The position numbers and the translations under genes are program-made. The notes under the pieces were generated by a model. The model did not search any database and had not been told where the DNA came from. It saw nothing but the letters and a program-made list of their open reading frames with translations. Shown here piece by piece: positions 30,638 to 40,940 of a DNA stretch of 64,000 nt. This DNA comes from an uncultured Nitrospiraceae bacterium. Lineage in GTDB: Bacteria > Nitrospirota > Thermodesulfovibrionia > Thermodesulfovibrionales > Dissulfurispiraceae. The stretch spans positions 1,504,001 through 1,568,000 of the forward strand of contig CAVSHF010000003.1 of assembly GCA_963727805.1 (NCBI GenBank). Direction: 5' to 3'. Every line of letters begins with the position of its first letter. The stretch's first letter is position 1.

Positions 30638-32899
30638 ATGCCGTCATATGAAGAGCTGATCAACGAATTGTCTGAACTCTGCGGAATTGTCCCGGAATAT
30701 TGGGACACCTTCGGCATCAGGCACATGGCCCCCGTTGAGACAAAGAAGTCGATCTTGAAATCAATGCGGCTGAGGATTGCCACTGCTGAAGACCTACACG
30801 CTGAAATCGAAAAGAAGCGGCATAGACCCTGGAATATTTCCTTGGACCCTGTTAAGGTCATCCTTTATAACGAACAGCCCCTCGTCCTTACCGTCCATGT
30901 CCCGATCAGGGAAGGAGACGAGCACAGTATAGTTTTTAAATGTACACTTGAAGATGAAACTGGGAAGATTGATAGCTTCTCGTTCTCGCACGGGGATGTC
31001 GAAATCGTCGCACACCGGCTTATTGACGAGATCCACCACTTGAAAATCAATATTCCTTTCAATGTCGTGAAGGAGATTGGCTATTATACTCTTGATCTGC
31101 TCTTTATGAGTTCCGGGTTCGGACTCTCAGCCACCTCGCGGCTCATCATAACACCTGAGACCTGCTACCTACCCACTCAGCTGGAGCCCTCATCAACTGA
31201 TGCCATTGTCACACAAGAGCAATTGCCAAACAGTCTGCATTTCGAAAAAAGCAAGACCTGGGGGCTTTGCATCAGTCTCTACGGAATCAGGTCTGAAAGG
31301 AATTGGGGTGTCGGCGATTTTACCGACTTGAAAAGAGTCACGGAATGGACCGCAGACCTCGGTGGTGGATTTATCGGCATCAACCCACTGCATGCCATAC
31401 CCAACAAGAGGCCGTTTGGAATAAGTCCCTATTCGCCGATAACCCGCCTCTACAAGAATTACCTTTATCTCGATATCATGAGCGTGCAGGACCTTGCAGA
31501 ATCGAGCACTGCCTCCGAATTGATCGAATCGGAAGATTTCCAGGCAAAACTCAAGACCCTCCGGAATTCGGTGCTAATCGATTACAAAAAAGCTGCGTCC
31601 GTCAAAAGAAAGGTTTTACAGCTTGCTTTCGAATCTTTCCTTGATGCCCATCTTGTACATACTTCTGACAGAGGTGAGGAATTCGAACGCTATATTGAGC
31701 GAGAAGGACAGCTGCTCGAAGACTTTGCCCTTTTCACGGCGATCCAGGACAAGACGGGGACCGCATCATGGCTAGACTGGCCGATAGAGTACCGGGACAT
31801 CCGGAGTCCGGAGGTCGAGAAATTCAGGAAGGAAAACGAACGGGAAATTCTCTTCCATCAATATGTTCAGTGGCTCATCGATGGACAGCATGAAAAGATC
31901 GGAGAGCGTGCTCGGCAGCTCGGTATGCCCGTAGGGCTCTATCACGACCTCGCCGTCGGTTCCGCAGGCGACGGATTCGACGCCTGGATAGCTCGGGAGA
32001 TCATTGCAAAAGAAATTGACGTAGGCGCTCCTCCCGACGATTTCAATTCAACCGGCCAGAATTGGGGATTCCCCCCCTTCGCCCCCGAAAAGATGCGACA
32101 GTCCGGGTATGAATTCCTGGTCCAGACCATCAGAAAAAATATGCAACATGCCGGAGCCCTGAGGATCGACCATGCCCTGGGGATGTTCAGGCTTTTCTGG
32201 ATCCCGCAGGGGACGAAACCGGAACACGGGGCTTATGTGCACTATCCGGCGGAGGAAATCCTCAGGATCATCTCTCTTGAGAGCATCAGGAATAAAACGA
32301 TCGTCATTGCCGAAGATCTTGGCACTGTCGGAGAGGACGTTCACGAGACCCTTTTCAGGTTCAGGATGCTCAGCTACAAGCTTCTTTATTTCGAGAGGAA
32401 TTATCCCGATCCTTCCCTCAAGAGTCCCGAGCGTTATACCGACCGCGCCCTCTGCGCCGTAACGACCCACGACCTACCTACCCTCTACGGCTTCTGGTCG
32501 GGCCGCGACATCGAGGAAAAGACGAGACTCGGCCTTTATCCGAACGAGAACCTCAGACAGCGACAAATCCGCGAGCGGGAAAGGGACAGGGGCCTTCTGC
32601 TCCAAGCGCTTAAGTCGCAAGGACTTCTTCCCGAGGAGTTCTCTACCGACCCCGGAGTGCTTTTTATGATGATACCCTCGCTTTGCCTCACCATCTATGA
32701 ATACCTGTCCCTCACTCCCTGCAAGCTTCTCGCGGTGAGTCTCGATGATATCATAGCCACACAGGACCAGCAGAATATGCCGGGGACCATAGACGCCTAT
32801 CCCAACTGGCTGCGTAAGACACCGGTCACCCTCGAAAACATCATGTTGAACAGATCGTTCTTCACACTCTCAAAGATTTTCAGGAGAAACCATCGGTAA
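30638..32899 (+). CDS. malQ: 4-alpha-glucanotransferase (GH77)
   Basis: NWGVGDFTDL, SPYSP, DLAVG, LRIDH, AEDLG and TTHDLPT. Confidence 0.95.
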   Translation: MPSYEELINELSELCGIVPEYWDTFGIRHMAPVETKKSILKSMRLRIATAEDLHAEIEKKRHRPWNISLDPVKVILYNEQPLVLTVHVPIREGDEHSIVFKCTLEDETGKIDSFSFSHGDVEIVAHRLIDEIHHLKINIPFNVVKEIGYYTLDLLFMSSGFGLSATSRLIITPETCYLPTQLEPSSTDAIVTQEQLPNSLHFEKSKTWGLCISLYGIRSERNWGVGDFTDLKRVTEWTADLGGGFIGINPLHAIPNKRPFGISPYSPITRLYKNYLYLDIMSVQDLAESSTASELIESEDFQAKLKTLRNSVLIDYKKAASVKRKVLQLAFESFLDAHLVHTSDRGEEFERYIEREGQLLEDFALFTAIQDKTGTASWLDWPIEYRDIRSPEVEKFRKENEREILFHQYVQWLIDGQHEKIGERARQLGMPVGLYHDLAVGSAGDGFDAWIAREIIAKEIDVGAPPDDFNSTGQNWGFPPFAPEKMRQSGYEFLVQTIRKNMQHAGALRIDHALGMFRLFWIPQGTKPEHGAYVHYPAEEILRIISLESIRNKTIVIAEDLGTVGEDVHETLFRFRMLSYKLLYFERNYPDPSLKSPERYTDRALCAVTTHDLPTLYGFWSGRDIEEKTRLGLYPNENLRQRQIRERERDRGLLLQALKSQGLLPEEFSTDPGVLFMMIPSLCLTIYEYLSLTPCKLLAVSLDDIIATQDQQNMPGTIDAYPNWLRKTPVTLENIMLNRSFFTLSKIFRRNHR

Positions 32900-33125
32900 C
32901 GTTTGCCGTCTGTGGCTCATTCGGGAGAAGTATATAACTATCTTAAAGTTTTTTGGGCGGCAAGTTTCGCCGGTTGTGCTTTTCCCCTATCCTGTGTTTC
33001 CCTGATCTTCCGGGTCTAAAATATGCGGAGCCAATCTAATGCTAGATATTGTTGAAACACTTTACTAGAGCAAGGCCTTGCAAGAAAGCTCTGCAGACTT
33101 GGCAAAAGAAGTATTAGCTGTAAAA

Positions 33126-34031
33126 CTATTGCGGAGCGTACTTTGTCGATCCCGGATCCACGGATGTTCTTCTGATAGTGAAATAGACCCCGAACATCAT
33201 AATTGCCATCCCTATCCACTGATAACGCGATATATCTTCTTTAAATATTCCGATCAATATAAGCACACTGAAGAGTGGGAAAGTCATGCCGAGTGATATT
33301 GCTTTTGAGATATCGAGTCGGGAAAGTGCCTCATACCAGATTATTTTGCCCACTCCGAGAAGTATAATCCCTGTTACTAGGACGGTAGGCCAATCGGTAC
33401 GTATGATAGGTAATATGCTAGCTTGCGTCTCCAAGAGGATGGAAAGAACAAGTATGAATAATCCACCCAATAAAAAGCGGACAAAAAGGATTGTTGATGG
33501 GGACACTTGATTAAGGGCTTTTTTTGCATAAAAATTACCGATAGGATATGTTGCAGTACTGGCGGCAACCAATATGTCGCCAACATTCAGCTTGAACTTT
33601 CCGTTGTATAAAATCATTAGTGCGCCGATAAATACGCTCAATGCACCGATGAGCTTTTCAACCGTAGTCTTCTCCCCGATTAAAGGAGTAAATAACAGAG
33701 TAAAAATAATTTCTGAAAGTAACAGCAATGAAGTATTTATACCGGATGTTTTACTTGAACCGATGAAGAATAGAACATAAGGCATAATAACTATGCACAA
33801 AGTAATCATCAGAAGTGAGGCATATGCTTCTTTCTTCCTAAGTTCGCCCAATTTGTGTTTGATCACTGTATAGAGAAATGCGCCTGCAGCAGCCAGCAGT
33901 GTGGAAATCGCAGCAAACGTTAGCGGAGGAATATGACGCGCTCCCCGGTTGACCATTACCGGGAATATACCCCACAGTGCTGCGCTGATGAGGGCGAGAA
34001 GTACACCCTTGTTTTCGCGTGTGGTGGGCAT
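33126..34031 (-). CDS. EamA/DMT family transporter
   Basis: Two EamA repeats, about 10 TM segments. Confidence 0.85.
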   Translation of the reverse strand: MPTTRENKGVLLALISAALWGIFPVMVNRGARHIPPLTFAAISTLLAAAGAFLYTVIKHKLGELRKKEAYASLLMITLCIVIMPYVLFFIGSSKTSGINTSLLLLSEIIFTLLFTPLIGEKTTVEKLIGALSVFIGALMILYNGKFKLNVGDILVAASTATYPIGNFYAKKALNQVSPSTILFVRFLLGGLFILVLSILLETQASILPIIRTDWPTVLVTGIILLGVGKIIWYEALSRLDISKAISLGMTFPLFSVLILIGIFKEDISRYQWIGMAIMMFGVYFTIRRTSVDPGSTKYAPQ

Positions 34032-34089
34032 TCTTAATGTCGGAAACGAGGGCTATCGCTGATATCATTACCTGCCCGTCTGGCGATTT

Positions 34090-34761
34090 TCATACTGCCG
34101 TCTTTTCTTTCCAGTATTGATATTCATAGGGCCATTCTTCTTTTCGATAATCCACAAGTCCTCGCATGCGTTCCCGAAAGCTCTTCCGCAGCAAATCGAC
34201 GTCGGTCGGCACTTCGTCGGCCCTCCAACTTGAAATCAGCTTTTTGCCCAGCTTGCGCGCTTCATCTTGCACATTCGCTGTAAAGATGCCACCCGACATG
34301 GCGGACATGCTAGCCCATACTCCGCCTATGGGCACTGCCCCCGTTATAGTTAGAAAATGATTCATATACTCCACAATAGCCTTTTCGTCGCCCCCGCCTG
34401 AGGTAACTACCGAAGCCCCGTACTTACCCCAGAATTGCATACAATGGATTACGCCGCAGCACCGGTCCATAAAGGCCTTGAGCTGAGCGCTCACACTAAA
34501 AATATAATTAGGGCTTGCCAGTATCAAACCGTCAGCCTCAGCAATTTTATCCTTTAATGATTCAAAGCTGTCCTTTTGGACACAGCAACCTTTCTTGTGG
34601 CAGACGTCACATCCTCGACAAGGAAGCACAGTGTTTCCCTTCAGTACGATAATTTCAGTCTTCGCACCTTCGGCCTCAGCACCGTCCAGAACGTGTCGTA
34701 AAAGTCCGGCAGTGTTACCCTTTAACCCATGCGGGCTTGCCAGCAGTGATATGATTTTCAT
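34090..34761 (-). CDS. Iron-sulfur flavoprotein / NADPH-dependent FMN reductase
   Basis: SPHGLKGNT, CRGCDVC....C, LASPNY and LKAFMDR. Confidence 0.88.
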   Translation of the reverse strand: MKIISLLASPHGLKGNTAGLLRHVLDGAEAEGAKTEIIVLKGNTVLPCRGCDVCHKKGCCVQKDSFESLKDKIAEADGLILASPNYIFSVSAQLKAFMDRCCGVIHCMQFWGKYGASVVTSGGGDEKAIVEYMNHFLTITGAVPIGGVWASMSAMSGGIFTANVQDEARKLGKKLISSWRADEVPTDVDLLRKSFRERMRGLVDYRKEEWPYEYQYWKEKTAV

Positions 34762-34958
34762 GACAGCCTCCTCTAGCAAAAAACTTTAGTTATTTTTCAG
34801 TATATCAAAGGTTATTACCAAGAAACATAATCATCGTGGATCTGTTAACTCTGTAAGTTCACCAGCGGCATTCACAATTAGGGAATGAAAATTGTTATTG
34901 ATGGATGTGCTACTTGATTGTTTGATGAAAACACCATTCCAATAGACGTGCTATTATT

Positions 34959-34990
34959 GTAACAACTACGTAACAATAAGTCTGTATAAT
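34959..34990 (+). promoter_or_regulatory. Pho-box-type promoter of GH1
   Basis: GTAAC 34959 and 34970 (11-bp period), 10 bp, TATAAT 34985-90. Confidence 0.7.
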
Positions 34991-34996
34991 ATAGCG

Positions 34997-36232
34997 ATGA
35001 ATAAGAACTTCCTCTGGGGGGTTGCCACTTCTGCATTTCAGCTTGAAGGTTCGCCCCACGCAGACTGGTCGTCCTGGGACTCGATCCTCAGCCAAAATCC
35101 GGATGTTACCAATCACTATGCTCTCTACAAAGAGGACCTCTCCCTTCTGAAGGATCTCGGGGTTAATGCTTATCGCTTTTCTCTTGAATGGAGCAGGATC
35201 CAGCCTAAGGAAAATGCCTGGGACTCCTCGGTGATCGATCATTATCAGGAGATCATAGGGATACTGAAAAGCTACAATGTGGAGCCGATGCTCACCCTCC
35301 ACCATTTTACACATCCGCTCTGGTTCATTAAGAAATACCCATGGCACGATGACGCATCCGTGGAGATGTTTCTTGCATATGTCGAAAAAATTGTATCGGC
35401 TATCAAGGGAGTGTCATATTGGATTACCTTCAATGAGCCCTACGTCCTGCTGCTCGGCGGATATCTCGAAGGCTGCATGCCCCCGGGCATCAAAGACCCC
35501 GGCCTCGCTCTAAAGGCCTTGAAGAACATCCTTGTCTGCCATGCAAAGGCTTACGATATCATCCATAGGGCTGACCCCGCGGCTATGGTAAGCGTGTCGC
35601 ACAACATGGCCGCCCTTGCGCCTTGGAGCCGCTGGAACCCTTTCGACCGTGCCCTTGCGAAGATGGCTAAATATTTTTATAATCGCTCTCTTACCGATGC
35701 GTTTCTGACAGGTTATTTGAAGATCAAGTTCCCGTTCCGCAAAGAAGCACTGATAGAAGTCCCAATTAAGGGCAAGCTCGATTTCTTCGGAGTCAATTAC
35801 TACACCAGGGTGCATATACGCTTCAATCCCTTTAGGAAGATGGCTATCGAATTACGCCACCTGGACATTGACGGATACGGCCTCACCGATCTCGGATGGG
35901 AGATTCACCCTTACGGTCTCGAGAAGGTATTACGTTATGCCTCAGCTCTGGGGGTGCCTCTGATAATCACCGAAAACGGGATAGCCACGCGCAACGCCCA
36001 GAAGAAGATCGATTTCATGAGAAGGCATATCGACGCCGTCGAAAGGAGCATAAAAAATGGCATCGATGTTAGGGGATATTTCTACTGGTCCCTTATCGAC
36101 AACTATGAATGGCTCCAAGGCCTCGATGCCCGCTTCGGCCTCTATAGAGTTGACTTCAAGACCCTCAAACGCAAGCCCACCAACGCTGCCGCCTATTATT
36201 CTTATTTAATAAGGAGCAGGTCGGAGTTCTGA
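34997..36232 (+). CDS. Glycoside hydrolase family 1 protein
   Basis: WGVATSAFQLEG, YRFSLEWSRI, TFNEP, ITENG and WSLIDNYEW. Confidence 0.93.
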   Translation: MNKNFLWGVATSAFQLEGSPHADWSSWDSILSQNPDVTNHYALYKEDLSLLKDLGVNAYRFSLEWSRIQPKENAWDSSVIDHYQEIIGILKSYNVEPMLTLHHFTHPLWFIKKYPWHDDASVEMFLAYVEKIVSAIKGVSYWITFNEPYVLLLGGYLEGCMPPGIKDPGLALKALKNILVCHAKAYDIIHRADPAAMVSVSHNMAALAPWSRWNPFDRALAKMAKYFYNRSLTDAFLTGYLKIKFPFRKEALIEVPIKGKLDFFGVNYYTRVHIRFNPFRKMAIELRHLDIDGYGLTDLGWEIHPYGLEKVLRYASALGVPLIITENGIATRNAQKKIDFMRRHIDAVERSIKNGIDVRGYFYWSLIDNYEWLQGLDARFGLYRVDFKTLKRKPTNAAAYYSYLIRSRSEF

Positions 36233-36264
36233 TAACAGCAATCTGCCGGTCGATTATCGCCATT

Positions 36265-36318
36265 TTCACCTAACCTTAACATAACCGCAACCTCCTTGTA
36301 ACCGTGCTTTCGTAAACT
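36265..36318 (+). promoter_or_regulatory. Pho-box-type promoter of olsB-olsA-like pair
   Basis: TTCAC 36265, TTAAC 36276, GCAAC 36287, GTAAC 36298; 10 bp; TAAACT 36313. Confidence 0.72.
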
Positions 36319-36344
36319 TTAAGAAAACACTCCAAGGAGATCAC

Positions 36345-37109
36345 ATGATCGAACAAAAGCGCAGCACCGTTACGCCTAAGAAGGAAAGTCAACTTATTGT
36401 AAAACGGGCGGACCATCAAAGCGAAATAGAAGCGGCGCTGAGACTCCGGTTCGAGGTCTTTAACGTCGAGATGAATGAAGGACTTCAATCTTCATACAGA
36501 ATTGGCCTTGACTGCGACGAATACGATCCCTTGTGTGACCACATGATAGTGGTCGATGCCGCGAAGAATATGATTGTCGGCACTTACCGGTTGCTCCGCG
36601 GGTCCGAGGCCGAAAAGACCCTCGGATATTATTCCGAAACCGAATTTGAGATATCTGCACTGAAAAGGCTGCATGGAGAGAAGCTGGAGCTCGGCAGGGC
36701 CTGTGTTCACAAGGATTATAGGGGGTCGGCTGTATTGAATCTAATGTGGAGCGGCATCGCAGACTATATCGACAAACATCGTATAGATTATCTTTTCGGC
36801 TGCGGCAGTATCCATACTATCAACCCGACTGTCATCAGCAGCATGTATGGATATTTCAAAATGAACTATCTGACAGATGAAACTTGCAGGGTGACTCCCC
36901 TGAAGCATGTTCCCGGATTCGATTCCGAGGCCGCTCCTGACAGGCGGTTGATAGCACAGCACCTGCCGCCACTTCTGGGCGCCTATTTGCGGGTCGGGGC
37001 ACGGGTTGCCGGCGAACCAGCCTTCGATGAGCAATTCGGTGTGAGCGATTTCCTGATCGTGCTCGACCGGGAGAAACTGCTTGAACGTTATAAGAATCGA
37101 TACTTTTAG
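36345..37109 (+). CDS. olsB: OlsB-like amino-acid N-acyltransferase (GNAT)
   Basis: ALRLRFEVF, D.YD..CDH, VGTYRLL, ELGRACVHKDYR and PPLLGAYLRVGA...GEPA.D..F. Confidence 0.8.
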   Translation: MIEQKRSTVTPKKESQLIVKRADHQSEIEAALRLRFEVFNVEMNEGLQSSYRIGLDCDEYDPLCDHMIVVDAAKNMIVGTYRLLRGSEAEKTLGYYSETEFEISALKRLHGEKLELGRACVHKDYRGSAVLNLMWSGIADYIDKHRIDYLFGCGSIHTINPTVISSMYGYFKMNYLTDETCRVTPLKHVPGFDSEAAPDRRLIAQHLPPLLGAYLRVGARVAGEPAFDEQFGVSDFLIVLDREKLLERYKNRYF

Positions 37110-37914
37110 AAAGAACGTGACATTGCTCAGGATATATAGGCTTCTTCTCATCATTCTGATGAGTGTATTATTCCTTGCTACTGGGATTGGTGTTCTCGTC
37201 TTTCTCATTGCTGGTAAGTCAGCACTTACGAAGGTCAGGGCGCGCTGCACCATGTGGTGGGCCAGGTCCATGTGCTACATTCTTGGCATCCGCATAGAAA
37301 AAAGCGGCGAAACTGAAGAGCAAAGCGGTAGTTTCACGGTCTGCAATCATATCAGCTATCTGGACATCTTCGTCGTAGGAAGCGTCAGACCCTCGAGTTT
37401 CGTGGCTAAGCAGGACGTCCGAAACTGGCCCCTTGCGGGATGGCTGGCAAGCCTTGCAGGCACAGTATTCATCAATAGGCAATCAAGGCGGGCTGCAATC
37501 GAAGCAATGAGAATGATGGAGCAGAAGATTGACAGCGGCGTAAATGTCGTGATATTTCCTGAAGGCACAACCTCCGATGGCTTTGTTATCAAGCCATTCA
37601 AGAGCACTCTGTTCAACCTTCCTGCATGCAGGAATATCACGGTGATTCCCGTCAGCATCAGGTATACAGGCATCGATGGAGAAGTGATGCCCCAAAACAG
37701 ACTCGACGAGATCGCATGGTATGGAGACATGCAGCTAGTGCCGCACTTATGGAATGTCCTCGGTCTTAAATCGATTGAAGCAATATTGCATTTCAATCCC
37801 AGCATTTCGCCAGTCGGCGAAAGTGTGCCACTGCCCGCCGCAAGAAAGCGTCTTTGTTCTCTTTCTTATGAGAGCATCGAGTCGGGATTTGCCCTTGCTG
37901 GCAGAAGCAATTAA
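37081..37914 (+). CDS. PlsC/OlsA-like lysolipid acyltransferase
   Basis: NHISYLD, FVAK, FINR, FPEGTT and PFKS. Start uncertain. Confidence 0.85.
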   Translation: MNVIRIDTFRKNVTLLRIYRLLLIILMSVLFLATGIGVLVFLIAGKSALTKVRARCTMWWARSMCYILGIRIEKSGETEEQSGSFTVCNHISYLDIFVVGSVRPSSFVAKQDVRNWPLAGWLASLAGTVFINRQSRRAAIEAMRMMEQKIDSGVNVVIFPEGTTSDGFVIKPFKSTLFNLPACRNITVIPVSIRYTGIDGEVMPQNRLDEIAWYGDMQLVPHLWNVLGLKSIEAILHFNPSISPVGESVPLPAARKRLCSLSYESIESGFALAGRSN

Positions 37915-38063
37915 CAGGCTTTCATTACCGATCAGGTTCCGACTGTCTAAATCATGCAGAACTTGAGAATATGAAAAAAATAAGCACGTCCTGCCAATTT
38001 AATCTGATTGATGAAAAGATCAAGAAACAGTTAGATCAACCTTTCAAGACAAAAGCCAATCTT

Positions 38064-38118
38064 TTAACCCGAACGTAACGCTCCCTTAATAATCGCGTAA
38101 CACAATAAACGTTAGCAT
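38064..38118 (+). promoter_or_regulatory. Pho-box-type promoter of PHP-glucosyltransferase
   Basis: TTAAC 38064, GTAAC 38075, TTAAT 38086, GTAAC 38097; TAGCAT 38113. Confidence 0.68.
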
Positions 38119-38127
38119 TAAGCACTA

Positions 38128-38817
38128 ATGTTGCTCTGCGATTTTCACATTCATACGACATACTCCGATGGTTCAATCGAACTCAGTAAAGTTGTTGATC
38201 TTTACGGCCAGGCCGGCTTTGATGCCGTCGCAATCACAGACCATGTGGTAAACGAGGACAGCTCCATCGGTAAACTCGCACACCGTTTCGGATACACTGT
38301 CAATGAAAAAAACTTCGCAGAATACATGGAAACAATACAGTCTGAAGCAGCCAGGGCCTTGAACAAATACGGGATGCTGGTCATCCCGGGTATTGAGATA
38401 AGCAAAAACTATATCGACTCGGATAAGTCGGCACACATCCTGATCCTCGATCTGAAGGGGTTTGTTTCAGCCTGCTGGGATTATGAAAAAATATTTATGG
38501 AAGCAAAAAGACAGGACGCCCTCGTCGTCGCCTGCCATCCGCACACCATGTCGGATATGAGTAAGGACACGTACCACCTCTGGAACAACAGGGACCGGTA
38601 TGCGAAATACATCGATGCCTGGGAGATCGCCAACAGGGACGATGTGTTTAATGTGGTAAGCCTCAAGAAATACCCATATATCGCCAACAGCGATTTCCAC
38701 AAGGCTCGCCATCTCTACTCGTGGAAGACGCTCCTGAATTGCCAAAAAGAAGTCGGCGCGATCAAACAGTGCATACGCCATAACAAGGGTGTAGCAATAA
38801 CATTGTTCAGAAACTGA
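38128..38817 (+). CDS. PHP domain phosphoesterase
   Basis: DFHIHTTYSDG, AITDH, CHP and NSDFH. Confidence 0.88.
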   Translation: MLLCDFHIHTTYSDGSIELSKVVDLYGQAGFDAVAITDHVVNEDSSIGKLAHRFGYTVNEKNFAEYMETIQSEAARALNKYGMLVIPGIEISKNYIDSDKSAHILILDLKGFVSACWDYEKIFMEAKRQDALVVACHPHTMSDMSKDTYHLWNNRDRYAKYIDAWEIANRDDVFNVVSLKKYPYIANSDFHKARHLYSWKTLLNCQKEVGAIKQCIRHNKGVAITLFRN

Positions 38818-38832
38818 TTTAAGGAGGATACA

Positions 38833-40050
38833 ATGGTACTATTCCTCATTTTTGCGACATTAAGCATCATTGGGCTTCTTGCATATACAGCTCAGATATG
38901 GACCGTGCGCTCATATCGTTCCCTCCCCACGGTGCCCCCCTCGGGGGAAGATCATTCTTCCCCCCATTTTTCCCCACCGATCTCCGTTCTCAAGCCGCTA
39001 AAAGGACTTGACGACAACCTTTTCGATAACCTCGCAAGCTTCTGCCATCAGGATTATCCGCAATACGAGATCATCTTTTCTCTGCAGAATGAAAATGATC
39101 CGGCCTGCAAGGTGGCACGTTTGATAAAGGATAAATATCCCGAAAGGGACATAACCATCCATGTCGAGCGGTGCTCGTCAGGACTCAATCCGAAAGTAAA
39201 TAACCTGATCCCGGCATATCGGATATCTAAATATCCGTACATCCTTATAAGTGACAGCAACGTAACAGTAAACAGGCATTATCTTAAGGAGATCATCCGC
39301 GACATGGAAAACCCCGAGGTTGGATTGGTCAGCAACCTCATAAGAGGGATGGGGGGATATTCCGTCGGCGCCGTCTTTGAAAACCTGCATCTTAATACTT
39401 TCGTTATGGGAAGCGTCAGTTTTCTCGATAGGTGCCTCAAAATGCCATGCGTCGTCGGCAAATCGATGCTGATGAGAAAAGCCGATCTCGACGCTATCGG
39501 TGGCTTTATAGGTGTTAAGGACATCCTTGCCGAAGATTATGTTATCGGAAAGCGCATGCATGACAGCGGCAAAAGGGTTATCCTATCCAGACACATGATC
39601 GACAACGTCAACGAATACTGGGGGATCCGGAAATTCCTTAACCGGCATACCCGCTGGGGCAAATTGAGGTGGCATATAGGCGGCCCGAAATATTTCTCGG
39701 AACTGCTCTGTAATCCCGTGTTTATGGCATTTCTACCTCTGATCTTGCTTGGACCCACAAGACTGTCATTTGCCTTCGCAGCAACGGTAAGTCTCTGCAA
39801 GGCGATGGGAGACTTCATAATCGGCCGCCGGATAAGAACAGACTTAAAGGCTTCGTCATACGTTCTCGGTCCACTGAAGGATGTCCTGATCGGGTTCATC
39901 TGGTTTGTGCCGCTCTTAAGCAATACCGTCATCTGGAGGGGCAACAGATACATTATCGGTAAAGACTCGCAGCTTTCCTCCTGTCCGGAAACTGGAATAT
40001 TCTCCTGGAGATACAGGATATTCGATACTATAAAGGCGCGTCTGGCCTGA
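38833..40050 (+). CDS. Ceramide glucosyltransferase-like GT (GT21/HpnI-like)
   Basis: SVLKPLKGLD, NPKVNNL, ISDSN, GKSML, LAED and RH.RW. Confidence 0.85.
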   Translation: MVLFLIFATLSIIGLLAYTAQIWTVRSYRSLPTVPPSGEDHSSPHFSPPISVLKPLKGLDDNLFDNLASFCHQDYPQYEIIFSLQNENDPACKVARLIKDKYPERDITIHVERCSSGLNPKVNNLIPAYRISKYPYILISDSNVTVNRHYLKEIIRDMENPEVGLVSNLIRGMGGYSVGAVFENLHLNTFVMGSVSFLDRCLKMPCVVGKSMLMRKADLDAIGGFIGVKDILAEDYVIGKRMHDSGKRVILSRHMIDNVNEYWGIRKFLNRHTRWGKLRWHIGGPKYFSELLCNPVFMAFLPLILLGPTRLSFAFAATVSLCKAMGDFIIGRRIRTDLKASSYVLGPLKDVLIGFIWFVPLLSNTVIWRGNRYIIGKDSQLSSCPETGIFSWRYRIFDTIKARLA

Positions 40051-40130
40051 TTCTGGCATCCCTCATATGTCATCATGGCGGGCATTCTGCTTCCAGATGC
40101 AGATAATTAGCGTGCAACCAAACCTTGATA

Positions 40131-40184
40131 GTAACCAAACATTAACATTCCCTTCATGATGAGGTAATACCAGTGAGCTACAAT
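40131..40184 (+). promoter_or_regulatory. Pho-box-type promoter of small Cys-rich gene
   Basis: GTAAC 40131, TTAAC 40142, TTCAT 40153, GTAAT 40164; 10 bp; TACAAT 40179. Confidence 0.75.
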
Positions 40185-40221
40185 ATTACTAGAAATGAAA
40201 TTAAAGAAAGTGAGGTCTGAA

Positions 40222-40434
40222 ATGGAAACGATCCTTATGAATACATGCTGTCTGCAGCATGTGCTTGAAGCAAGGCAGCCCGAGATCTGTCCCTATCTCG
40301 ATACGGCAACGAACATCTGCGAAGCATCTCTCTCATCGATCACCACCGACGGGATCAGACGTGCCAGTTATTGCTCAACTGATAACTATGATAACTGCGC
40401 CCTGTTCATAGCAAAATCACTGAGAAGGAAATAA
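40222..40434 (+). CDS. Small Cys-rich hypothetical protein
   Basis: GTGAGG SD; CPY..C.AS..YC....Y.NC pattern. Confidence 0.65.
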   Translation: METILMNTCCLQHVLEARQPEICPYLDTATNICEASLSSITTDGIRRASYCSTDNYDNCALFIAKSLRRK

Positions 40435-40602
40435 TTCTACAGGCCCGGGGTAAAATAATCCGGTCCACCCGCAGCTCCATCCTGCCTGCACCAACCACAG
40501 TACCTCCCTACTCTTCCTCCCATTGTGCAGCAAACTTGCTGTTTGCCTTATTCTTGTTCACACATAGGCCCTGAAATAAAGAAAGTACTGCCGGAGATTT
40601 TG

Positions 40603-40656
40603 GTAACCAGATCTTAACATTCCCTTCATACCACGGTAATACAGCAAGGGTACAAT
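40603..40656 (+). promoter_or_regulatory. Pho-box-type promoter upstream of PIN-PhoH
   Basis: GTAAC 40603, TTAAC 40614, TTCAT 40625, GTAAT 40636; 10 bp; TACAAT 40651. Confidence 0.75.
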
Positions 40657-40940
40657 AAGATAAAATACGTTCATGAAAGTGAGGCTGCTATTCTCCCCAC
40701 TTGCCTGTCAACCGCTGCATCAAATGTTTTATTTCCGCTACTTTCTTATTTCAGACCGAGTCCGATTTTACATTCTTATCCTCTTGCCAGTCTTGTCACT
40801 CTCATTTCAAAATACACCTTTCCCCATCATTGCATGATCTGTCTAAATTGGCATCTACTAAATAGTCAGCAGCGTCAAACGATGTTCGCAATACTTGTCC
40901 TAAAAATACAAGGTTCATCTAAATTGAAGGGGGCTATACA

